Below, piece after piece: positions 10,631-20,068 of a stretch of 33,576 nucleotides of DNA. Made by a program: the position numbers and the translations under genes. How positions within the stretch are numbered: position 1 is the stretch's first letter; the number at the start of each line of letters is the position of its first letter. The notes beneath the pieces were generated by a model. It was not told the DNA's origin. It did no database searches and saw nothing but the letters and a program-made list of their open reading frames with translations. Source of the DNA: Octopus bimaculoides (lineage: Eukaryota). Location of the stretch: assembly GCF_001194135.2 (NCBI RefSeq), contig NC_068994.1:34473430-34507005 (forward strand), written 5' to 3'.

Positions 10631-11102
10631 TTCCCTCTCTTTTTCGTTTGGTCTTGGGGNNNNNNNNNNNNNNNNNNNNNNNNNNNNNNNNNNNNNNNNN
10701 NNNNNNNNNNNNNNNNNNNNNNNNNNNNNNNNNNNNNNNNNNNNNNNNNNNNNNNNNNNNNNNNNNNNNNNNNNNNNNNNNNNNNNNNNNNNNNNNNNNN
10801 NNNNNNNNNNNNNNNNNNNNNNNNNNNNNNNNNNNNNNNNNNNNNNNNNNNNNNNNNNNNNNNNNNNNNNNNNNNNNNNNNNNNNNNNNNNNNNNNNNNN
10901 NNNNNNNNNNNNNNNNNNNNNNNNNNNNNNNNNNNNNATATATGTATGTATGTATATTTACATATATATTTATATATATATTTACATATATATTTATATA
11001 CATTTGTGTGTGTGTGTGTATAATTGAAAATGAAGAGGAGAGTGGAGATTTATTTGCATCCAAAACGTTTTTACTAAAAACGTTTTCTACAGCATATGTA
11101 AC

Positions 11103-11195
11103 AATGACCAACATATGTTTCAATTGCAGCAACTACACATAGGCTCTGTACGCAATTATGCATCCTAGTCACTGCTATTTCATCAAGAGTCCATC
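11103..11195 (-). ncRNA. Degenerate minimal type I hammerhead ribozyme motif (PLE-associated)
   Basis: Minus strand: GGACTC-TTGATGA-[AATAGCAGTGACT...AGTTGCTGCAATT, 12/13 pairs]-GAAAC-ATAT-GTT-GGTCATT; helix III lies in the perfect palindrome AACATATGTT. Confidence 0.6.
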
Positions 11196-11539
11196 ACAAC
11201 GTTTTCAAAGTGAACCAATTCAAACAACCTTTCTGCGTTGGTTATAACATTACTTTTTAAATCAAATTGAATTCTGGTCTTATAATCACCTCCACTGGTA
11301 TTACAGTTGAATCATGGTTTATAAAATGTTCATTCATATTACAATCAACTGTTGCAGTTTTGCTTACATTTACTGTATGGAGTACATTCTTTATTCAGAA
11401 GTAATTCAGTTTTGTTTGGGTTTATACCCTCAATTAATATTATTTTTGTTATTATTACTAAAATTATTTTAGTATTATTTGCAAAAATATCATTAATTAT
11501 CACAATCATTATGTTAACTAGTATAATTACTATAGATGG

Positions 11540-12281
11540 TAATTTATGTTTCTGTCTAGTGTTTATAATAGTGTATTTAGAAAAGAAAATTTTGTACATT
11601 TTCTTTATAGGTTACATCTATTATCACCGATCCTATAAGGTTTTGCTTCACAAATATTTTCCCAAGCAATCAAAAATATTTTGTTACTATCTTTAAGTGC
11701 CCAAATTAGCTTACTAAGGCTGATAGTATTCATTTTGTCCCTATTTCTAAAAGAACTTACATGATTGGCAATTCTCTGCTTAACATAACATGAGCTAGCT
11801 TCTATATCGAAATATTCTCTATTCTCTGAGGTAATCTTACATCTGTGTACAACATTTTTATGTTTACAACCAGAGCCAAGCAGACAGAACCTATACCTTG
11901 CACAATCACAACTAATAATTCTAGTACTTCCATCACTATGATCCACTTCACCTACACTAGATGTGATTTTTATATTCTCCTGTCTATCTTCTAAGCTATT
12001 AGTCTTCTCCACAGAGACAACACTCTGAGTACTTTTCCCTCTAGGATTCAAATCCACTACTTCCAGGCCAACTGTGGAGCTCCCTCAGGTCTCTTCAACT
12101 CCATTGGTTGCCTATCCTGATACCCAGCTGTGTCACCCACGGTCTGTCCATTCATGTTGACATTATTGCTATATATTGATCTATAATTATAGTTCTGGTT
12201 ACTGTTATTGCTAATACTTATATGGAAACTTTTAAATTTATTATCATTGTGTGCAGCTATAATTAGTGCTAAATTTTTGCT

Positions 12282-12285
<4 letters not shown>
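11540..12285 (-). pseudogene. Frameshifted PLE linker and GIY-YIG endonuclease coding region
   Basis: NLALIIAAHNDNKF (cf. N...IISAHN.K), SCDC..FCLLGSGC (CxC..CPL.G.C), KNVVHRCKIT..EYFDI (VVY..YIG), KQRIANHVSSF, NTISLSKLIWALKD, AWENICEAKPY, RCNL then stop, continuing out of frame as MYKIFFSKYTIINTR; frameshift at 12057. Confidence 0.85.
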
Positions 12286-12324
<39 letters not shown>

Positions 12325-12325
<1 letters not shown>

Positions 12326-12509
12326 TTCTTTTATTTGTTTCAGTCATTTGACTGTGGCCATGCTGGAGCACCACCTTTAGTCGAACAAATGGACCCCAGG
12401 ACTTATTCTTTGTAAGTCTAGTACATAGCCTATTGGTATCTTTTGCCAAACCACTAAGTTATGGGGACATAAACACACCAGCAACGATTGTCAAGTGATG
12501 GTGGGGGGA

Positions 12510-12560
<51 letters not shown>

Positions 12561-12705
12561 GACAGGCTTCTGTCAGTTTCCGTCTACCAAATCCACTCAC
12601 AAGGCTTTGGTCAGCCTGAGGCTATAGAAGACACTTGCCCAAGGTGACATGCAGTAGAATTGAACCCAGAACCATGTGGTTGGTAAGCAAGCTACTTACC
12701 GCACA
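12325..12705 (-). mobile_element. SINE-A full length, well preserved
   Basis: Close reverse-complement match to 1362-1775 including the GGTAAGTAGCTTGCTTACCAACCACATGG head; internal (CA)n. Confidence 0.9.
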
Positions 12706-12804
12706 TTTATGTATACATACCCATCCATACACATGCACAAGTTAATGTCTGGCCTCTTAAAAAAAATTCTATGCAAAACATGACATAAAACAGCTGCTTC
12801 TATT

Positions 12805-13000
12805 ATTTATTGTTCATCATCATCTCTGTTATCAGTGTCACCTTCTTAATCACAGTCACCACCACCATCACCACCACCATTATCAGCCTCTTCACTATCA
12901 TCCTCAACACAACCATCCCCACCATTGCTACCATCTTTATGGATATCAATATCATCAACACCACAGTTCAGTTTTCATTTACAGTATGTAATCATATCTA
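12805..13000. repeat. Cryptic (CAT/CAC)n low-complexity tract
   Basis: Direct reading. Confidence 0.8.
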
Positions 13001-13165
13001 TTGTCACATATTAGTACCATTAATCATGTTGATACAATAAATACCAGTTAAATACTGGGTCGATTCAACAGACTAGATCTCTCACCCAGACTCTCTGAAC
13101 TTACACCTATACCAGAAATAGTTTTGAATTGATTTATTAACTAATAAAAATCTAATATGATAATA

Positions 13166-13352
13166 ATGGTTTCAAACTTTGCCACAAGGGTAGCAATTTT
13201 GGTGGGTAAGGAGGAGTCGATTACATGAACCCTAGTTTTCAACTGGTACTTATTTTATCAACCCTGAAAGGATGAAAAACAAAGTAGACCTTGGTAGAAT
13301 TTGAACGCACATTTTGCCCAGCATGCTCACGATTCTACCAGCCCATTGCATT
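13166..13352 (-). mobile_element. SINE-B array copy 1 (internal deletion)
   Basis: ACTGGTACTTATTTTATCAACCCTGAAAGGATGAAAAACAAAGTAGACCTTGGTAGAATTTGAAC..GATTCTACCAGC. Confidence 0.85.
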
Positions 13353-13384
13353 AATAATAATAATTGAGTTTGAATAATTCACAT

Positions 13385-13680
13385 CTGGAAACATTGGTGT
13401 TTCATTCGACATCCTTAAACCACTCTTATTCAGGGATCTTTTGAGTAGGAAGGGCTACTCAACCTGAAGAAAATTCTAACTGGGCCCCACCTGCAAGATC
13501 ATGTGCTGTTTATCTTGATATGAGATCATCATGTCATGCACACATGGTTGTGGTGCATGTGCCTGGTGTACCCTTATCAGACAAGTAGTCATGGTGGGTA
13601 TACTGGGCTTCATATATTTTACCCTAGTGTTACTTTGATGGCATATACTGCTCTCTCACGTAATGATAATAATAATAGTA
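13385..13680 (+). mobile_element. Putative non-LTR 3' end or SINE with (AAT)n tail, family unassigned
   Basis: Complex GC-richer block (GAAGAAAATTCTAACTGGGCCCCACCTGCAAG..GTGCCTGGTGTACCCTTATCAGAC..CTGCTCTCTCAC) between (AAT)n tracts; resembles a recalled octopus repeat; single copy here. Confidence 0.5.
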
Positions 13681-13684
13681 TTGT

Positions 13685-13884
13685 CTTTAAATTATGGCAC
13701 AGGGCCAGCAATTTTAAAGGCAGGGGCAACTCAACTACATCAACTCCAGTACTTGACTGGCACTGTATTATATCAACTCCAAAATAAAGACAAAGTTGAT
13801 TTTTACAGGATTTGAACTCAGAATGATATGAGCTGAAAAACAAATGTTATCAAGTATTTTATTCACTGTGCCAGCTATCCTCTT
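13685..13884 (-). mobile_element. SINE-B array copy 2 (degenerate)
   Basis: GGCACAGGGCCAGCAATTTT..ACTTGACTGGCAC..GACAAAGTTGA..GATTTGAACTCAGAA..GCCAGCT. Confidence 0.75.
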
Positions 13885-13981
13885 TAATAATAATAATGAT
13901 AATAATAATAATAATAATAATAATGATACTACTACTACTACTACTACTACTACTAATAGTAATAATAATAATAGTAATAAT

Positions 13982-14201
13982 CATCCTTTGTGCTGTAGGT
14001 GCAAGGCTTTAAATTTTTTGAAGAGGGGGACTAGTTGTTTACATTGACTCCAGCGTTTCACTGGTACTTGATTTATGGACCTCAAATGAATGAAAAGCAA
14101 AGTCAACCTTGGCAGAATTTGAACTCACAATGTAGCAATGGGCAAAATACCACTAAGCATTTCGTCCAGTGTGCTAACGATTCTGCCAGCTCGCCATCCT
14201 T
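13982..14201 (-). mobile_element. SINE-B array copy 3
   Basis: CACTGGTACTTG..GCAAAGTCAACCTTGGCAGAATTTGAACTC..GCTAACGATTCTGCCAGCTCGCC. Confidence 0.9.
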
Positions 14202-14202
14202 T

Positions 14203-14403
14203 CTATTAAAGGCACAAGACCTGAAATTTCGGGGGAGGGTGTAAGTTGATTACATTGACTCCAATGCTTGACTGGTACTCATTTTGTTGACCCCCGAAAG
14301 GGTGAAAAGTAGAGGTGACCTCAGTGGAATTTGAGCTCGGAACACGAAGATGGATGAAATACCATAAGAATTTTGTCCAGGGTGCTAATAATTCTGCCAG
14401 CTG
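14203..14403 (-). mobile_element. SINE-B array copy 4
   Basis: GGCACAAGACCTGAAATTT..GACTGGTACTC..GACCTCAGTGGAATTTGAGCTC..GCTAATAATTCTGCCAGCT. Confidence 0.9.
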
Positions 14404-14483
14404 AAGAATTTGTTACATACACCCCTATTTAAAATTGTGACCTTGCGCCAAAGTCAGAATTTATTGTTGTAGTTGCTGTTGTT

Positions 14484-14660
14484 AAGGCAGTAGATTAGCA
14501 ACAGAATTGTTAGAGCATTTGATAAAATGTCTTATGATATTTCTTCCAGCAGTTTACATTCTGGGTTCAAGTTTTATCACAGTCAGCTTTGCCTTTCATC
14601 TTTTCAGGGCTGATGGTTGATAAGCAAAAGTACCTGTCAAGTACTGTGATAAATTTGGGC
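14484..14660 (+). mobile_element. SINE-B array copy 5
   Basis: AAGGCAG..CAGAATTGTTAG..GGGTTCAAG..CAGCTTTGCCTTTCATCTTTTCAGGG..AAGTACC. Confidence 0.8.
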
Positions 14661-14683
14661 CTTCAGCCTAAGTCAAAAGCCAT

Positions 14684-14880
14684 TAGGCAGCGTGCCAGGC
14701 AAAATGCTTAGTGGCATTTCGTCTGTCTCTAGGTTGTGAGTTCAAATTATGCTTAGGTCAAGTTTATCATTCATCTTTTCAGGGTCGATAAAATAAGTAC
14801 CAGTTACACACAGGGGTTGAAGTAATCAACTTATCCCCTTCCATGAACTTGCTGGCCTTTTGCCAAAATTTGAAATCATT
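14684..14880 (+). mobile_element. SINE-B array copy 6
   Basis: GCCAGGCAAAATGCTTAGTGGCATTTCG..GAGTTCAAATT..GGGTCGATAAAATAAGTACCAG..TTGCTGGCCTTTTGCCAAAATTTGAAA. Confidence 0.85.
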
Positions 14881-14897
14881 ATTAATCATTATTATTA

Positions 14898-14950
<53 letters not shown>

Positions 14951-14952
<2 letters not shown>

Positions 14953-15160
14953 GGCAGTGAGCTAGCAGAACCATTAGCATGCCAGGCAAGATGCTTAGTG
15001 GCATTTCATCCCTCTTTACATTCTGAGTTCAAATTCTGCCAAGGTCAACTTTGCCTTTCACCCTTCCAGGGTTGATGAACTAAGTACCGGTCAAGTACTG
15101 AGATCAATGTGATTGACTTTTTACATCCTCCAAAATTTCAGACCTTGTGCTGTCAACGGA
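14951..15160 (+). mobile_element. SINE-B array copy 7
   Basis: AAGGCAGTGAGCTAGCAGAACCATTAGC..GAGTTCAAATTCTGCCAAGGTCAACTTTGCCTTTCA. Confidence 0.9.
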
Positions 15161-15206
15161 AATGATTATTGTTCTTGTTGTTGTTTGAAACACATTATTA
15201 TTATTA

Positions 15207-15241
<35 letters not shown>

Positions 15242-15247
15242 GTTATT

Positions 15248-15461
15248 AAGGCTGCAAGCTGACAGAATCATTAGTATGCCATGTAAAATGCCTAGCAATA
15301 TGTCTTCTGGTTTGACATTCTGCATTCATACTCCATTGAAGTTGACTTTACCTTTCATCCTTGAAGGTTTAATGAAATAAGTACCAGTTGAGCATGGGTC
15401 CAATGTAATCAACCAAACCCTCCTGCTAAAATTTAAGGCCTTAAGCCTTAAGCAGAAAGGA

Positions 15462-15462
<1 letters not shown>
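15248..15462 (+). mobile_element. SINE-B array copy 8
   Basis: AAGGCTGCAAGCTGACAGAATCATTAG..GTTGACTTTACCTTTCATCC..AATAAGTACCAG. Confidence 0.85.
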
Positions 15463-15504
<42 letters not shown>

Positions 15505-15576
15505 CATTATTACTATTATTATTATTACTACTATTATTATTATTACTACTACAACTACTATTTTTATTATTATTAT

Positions 15577-15638
<62 letters not shown>

Positions 15639-15658
15639 TTATTATTATTATTATTATT

Positions 15659-15872
15659 AAGGCAGCAAGGTAGCAGAAATGTTAGCATGCTGGACGAAAT
15701 GCTTAGTAGTATTTCACCCGTCACTACGTTGTGAGCCTAAATTCCGCCAAGGTCAACTTTGCCTTTCATCCTTTCAGCATCAATAAATTCAGTACCAGTG
15801 AAACACTGGGGTCAATGTAATCGACTAATTCCCTCCCACAAATTTCAGGCCTTGTGCCTTTAGTAGAAAGGA
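15659..15872 (+). mobile_element. SINE-B array copy 9
   Basis: AAGGCAGCAAGGTAGCAGAAATGTTAGC..GCCAAGGTCAACTTTGCCTTTCATCCTTTC..CACTGGGGTCAATGTAATCGAC. Confidence 0.9.
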
Positions 15873-15895
15873 TTACTATTATTGTTATTATTACT

Positions 15896-16095
15896 AAGGC
15901 AGTGAGTTGGCAGAATCATTAGCACACTGATCAAATGCTTAGTGGCATTTTGTCTGTCTTCATGTTCTGAGTTCAAATTCCACCTAGGTTGACTTTGCCT
16001 TTAATCCTCTCAGGGTCGATAAAATAAGTACCAATTGAGCAGAGGGGTCGATGTAATAGACTTATCCCATCCCCCAGAATTGCTGGCCTGGTTCT
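15896..16095 (+). mobile_element. SINE-B array copy 10
   Basis: AAGGCAGTGAGTTGGCAGAATCATTAGC..GAGTTCAAATTCC..GGGTCGATAAAATAAGTACC. Confidence 0.9.
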
Positions 16096-16414
16096 ATTTT
16101 CATTCTGTGCTTTCACTATACCTACTGAGCACACCTCTATGTATGTTGAATATTTTGTTTTTGCTTTTTTGTTTTGTAGAGTACTCTATACAATGTGTAC
16201 TTAGTTATACTATTATACTAATATGTGTAGTATAATTATATGTATTATACTATGTGTACAATAATAATATTTCCTGTATGCTGCATACATCTGTAAATCT
16301 TTGGGTATAAGTTACATATTGGTCTGCATGTTTGTTAATTAATTCCAAAGACATTTCATATTATAAGGATTGTTTTGTTTTTTATCCTCCACATTATGGT
16401 TATCTCTATTTTTA

Positions 16415-16548
16415 GATCTTTTATTTCTATTTCAGTTACTGAACTGAAGTCATGCAGGGGCATTGCCTTGAAAGGTCTTAGTTAAACAAATCAACACCAG
16501 TACTTATTCTATTGGCCTGTTCTGCTGAATGGCTAAGTTTTGGGGAAC

Positions 16549-16583
<35 letters not shown>

Positions 16584-16775
16584 GCTCACACACACACACT
16601 CACTCACTCACTCACTCTGATACATGGCAGGCTTCCATGCACTTCAGTAACCATATCCGCTCACAAAACTTTGATCAGCCTGAGGCCATAGAAGAAAACA
16701 TTTACCCAAGGTGTCATGCCGTGAGATTGAGCCTGGAACCATATGGTTGAGAAACAAACTTCTTACCACATGGCC
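16415..16775 (-). mobile_element. SINE-A near full length, degenerate
   Basis: ATTTCAGTTACTGAACTGAAGTCATGC..CCAGTACTTATTCTATTGG..(CA)n..GAAAACATTTACCCAAGGTGTCATGC..CTTCTTACCAC. Confidence 0.8.
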
Positions 16776-17009
16776 ATAAATGTATGTGGATAAGTTTCCC
16801 TTATTCTTTGCAAGATATATTATAAACTGTTGGGGCAAATACTTCAAGCTGGGGACACTATTTCTTTGGGGTTTTTGATCACAATATCCAGTCAATTATC
16901 CTTGATCTTTCAGAACTTTTCTTTTATTCTCTAGCATGCATTCATCATTGGATTGTGGTCAAGCTGGAGCATCACATTCAGTTATGATTATTATTGTGTT
17001 TGTTCTGTG

Positions 17010-17225
17010 GGTCAGACAAAATGTTTAGTGGCATTTTCTTTTGACTCTTTACATGCTGAGTTCAAACTTTGCTGAGTTCAAACTTTGCTGAGGTCAACAA
17101 ACTTTGCTTTTCATCCTTCTGAGGTTGATAAAATAAATGTACCAGTGCAGTACTGGGTCAATGTCATCAACTAACTCGCCCCCACCACTAAAATTGCTGG
17201 CCTTGTACCAAAATTGAAACATTAT
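17010..17225 (+). mobile_element. SINE-B with a short internal tandem duplication over the B-box region
   Basis: TGCTGAGTTCAAACTT repeated twice; CTTTTCATCCTTCTGAGGTTGATAAAATAAATGTACCAG; tail AAAATTGCTGGCCTTGTACCAAAATTGAAA. Confidence 0.85.
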
Positions 17226-17288
17226 TATGACTACTTCTACTACCAGTCCCAAAATCACCACCACCACCACCACTACTACTACTACTAC

Positions 17289-17343
<55 letters not shown>

Positions 17344-17616
17344 TAAGTCTACATTTTCTTGGCAAACGCATAAATGGTAATCATAATGATCACCATCATC
17401 ATAAGCACAACCCCTACCACCGTCATTGTCACCACCGTCATTGTCACCACCATCTTGACCATATCGACTACTGACATTGTTAACACTGTTGTTGTCACTA
17501 TCAGCAACAGCAGCATTACAGCCACAACATCCACCCTTGCCATTTCCACCACTACCACCACTACTGCCAGCACCACCACCATCATATCATTTCCATCATT
17601 GTTCACTACTAATGCC

Positions 17617-17647
<31 letters not shown>

Positions 17648-17718
17648 CTACCACCACCATCGTCATCATCATCATCATCATATTATTTCCATCATTGTTT
17701 ACTACCGCCACTGCCACC

Positions 17719-17752
<34 letters not shown>

Positions 17753-17919
17753 TCATCATTGTTGTTGGTATCACAACCAGTGGCTCCCCCCACTCCCCGC
17801 ATGCAGCTTTAGGCTACTCCTTCAAAACTTTTACAACACTGGCCTTAAACCCCACCCCCACTTCAAACTACCATCGGGGCCCCCATCATATACCACCCCT
17901 GATGTGACAAGTAAATGAT

Positions 17920-18111
17920 AATAAAACCTCTGTATGGTCACTAGATGTACTCGAAACAACAGCCAAATATTCCTCAAACCATAACCTATCATGTTAAAAA
18001 AATAAGAAGTCCAAATTGGATGTGTTTTGGGTTAATACATGATGGTCATTGTTGGAATGTTTTTGATCATAGGTCTCCTGATTAGGTTGCCTGGGGCTAA
18101 GCAGTTACAAC
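17920..18111 (+). mobile_element. Interspersed repeat family D (AAC-type tail), copy 1
   Basis: Shares ACAGCCAA.T.T.CCTCAAA.CA, TATCAT.TT.AAAAAAATAA, GAT.GTCA...TGGAA and GGGGCT.A with 22244-22447. Confidence 0.6.
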
Positions 18112-18494
18112 TTATGTTGTATTCATTACTATCGTTGTCATCACCATCACCACCACCATCAGCAGCACCACCATTAACATTATCACCACCACCATCATCA
18201 TATTCATCATCATTTTCATCACCAGCATCAGCACCAAGATTTTCATTTTTATCATCACCACTGTCATCATCACCACCATCACAACCAGCATCATTATCAC
18301 CACCACAACCAGCATCATTATCACCACCATCATCATCATCACCATCAATGCCAGCATTGTCATCAATATCATAACTTAATTTACTCTTCCACACTCCATC
18401 ACAGGCCTAACCCACATGAATTTCACAACGTCCACCCCACCATACCACTGCAACCGTGACCATCAATATGATCACAATCATCATCACTACCATC

Positions 18495-18527
<33 letters not shown>

Positions 18528-18568
18528 GCCATCCTTGCAATCATTGTCGTCATCATTATTGCCATCAC

Positions 18569-18603
<35 letters not shown>

Positions 18604-18721
18604 CCATCGTTATCGTTATCATTGCCGTCATCGTTTATCAGTGTTGTCATCGCTTTCTCAATACCATCACAACTATTGTCGTCGTCGATATGATAGTCAC
18701 GTAAATTCTTAACGCTCCAGA

Positions 18722-18773
18722 TCTGTCCTGACCCGACCCGACCCGACCCGATCCGATCCGACCCGACCTGACC
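18722..18773. repeat. GC-rich pentanucleotide repeat (GACCC/GATCC)n
   Basis: TGACCCGACCCGACCCGACCCGATCCGATCCGACCCGACCTGACCCC. Confidence 0.95.
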
Positions 18774-18975
18774 CCGCATGACTTCCGCCCTGCTGACCTA
18801 CCTCCCCACCACCACCACCACCACCAACACGCTACCATCTCTGTCCTCCTCTTTTTCATCATCATCATCATCACCACCATCATCATCATCATCGCATACA
18901 AGAGCTGAAATCTAACTCTTACTCTACTGAAACTAAACTAAACTACAGAGGAAAGATATCAAAACTTACACTTAC

Positions 18976-19490
18976 CTGTCTGTTTTCCTCCTTCTTGTTG
19001 TTGTCGTTGTAGTTAAAATCCCATAGTTGTAAATTTTGTTTTTGTTGTTGTTGTTATTATTGCTTCTTATGTTTGTGTTATAAATATTGTTGTTATTCTT
19101 GTTAATGTTTTAGTGATGAAGTAATTGAAACAGTTGTTGTTTTTTGTTGATGTGGTAGTTGTTGCTTAATATCAATGCTGTTGGTTTTGATAATGTTGTT
19201 GTTGTTGTTTTTGTTGGTGATATTGTTGTTGTAATTGTATTTGTTGTTTAAGTGTGTTGTTCTTGTTCTTGCTAATGGTGGTGGCGGCGGCAGTGGTGAT
19301 GGCACTGTTTTTGTTGTTATTGTTTTCTGTTGTCAGTTAGCCGAGACGTGCATCTTACTGTTGAGAACATTTAACAGTCACTGCTGCTGTTGTGTGATCT
19401 GCTGGCTCTGTTATACAGCTTAGCTTGCTCCAAGTTCTCTACTGCATGTCTCTGTCTCTGTGTCTCTGCGTTATGCCCGCGTTAGTGTCT
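18976..19490 (-). other. Candidate non-coding (5'-UTR) first exon; 5' boundary unknown
   Basis: Perfect donor CAG|GTAAGT (exon end 18976); exon-side AAC-rich; unique CpG-containing sequence at 19260-19490; no acceptor found, which fits a first exon. Confidence 0.3.
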
Positions 19491-19510
19491 GTGTGTGCAT
19501 GTGCGTATGT

Positions 19511-19545
<35 letters not shown>

Positions 19546-19672
19546 CCTGTATCTACATATGTATGCACATGCTTGTGTCTGTGTGTAAGAAAAAAGATAG
19601 ACAGACTGACAAAGAAGTCCATAGATTTAGAACTAGCCATATAAATGCATGTCTGTACATATTTATATGCAC

Positions 19673-19730
<58 letters not shown>

Positions 19731-19782
19731 AATATATGAGAAAGNNNNNNNNNNNNNNNNNNNNNNNNNNNNNNNNNNNNNN

Positions 19783-19827
<45 letters not shown>

Positions 19828-19911
19828 CATCCACACTTATACACACACATAAAGTGCAACACACAATTCTCTCAAACCTTAAGTTACTTATGTAGCTTTA
19901 TAGCTAAATAA

Positions 19912-20068
19912 TAGATAGACAGACAGATAGACAGACAGATAGACAGACAGATAGACAGACAGATAGATAGACAGATAGATAGACAGATAGATAGACAGAC
20001 AGATAGACAGACAGATAGACAGACAGACAGACAGACAGATAGATAGATAGATAGAGAGATAGATAGAC
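19912..20068. repeat. (GATA/GACA)n tetranucleotide microsatellite
   Basis: Direct reading. Confidence 0.95.

Larger units (their letters stand above)
11030..12285 (-). mobile_element. Penelope-like retroelement (PLE) 3' fragment, 5'-truncated at a (TA)n tract
   Basis: GIY-YIG endonuclease relic plus downstream hammerhead-like motif on the same strand; left boundary approximate. Confidence 0.8.
17230..18900. repeat. Cryptic trinucleotide domain (CAT/CAC/TAC/AAT on plus strand)
   Basis: Direct reading; source of the poly-T/I/H/M/D ORFs. Confidence 0.9.

Noticed and set aside
11352-11696. Hydrophobic 114-aa plus ORF resembling a membrane protein
   Set aside because: Antisense to the AT-rich end of the Penelope relic; hydrophobicity follows from T-rich codons.
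13166-16095. CRISPR- or integron-like repeat-spacer array
   Set aside because: Units are about 200-bp diverged tRNA-headed SINEs, spacers are microsatellites, the context is eukaryotic and there are no cas or integrase genes.
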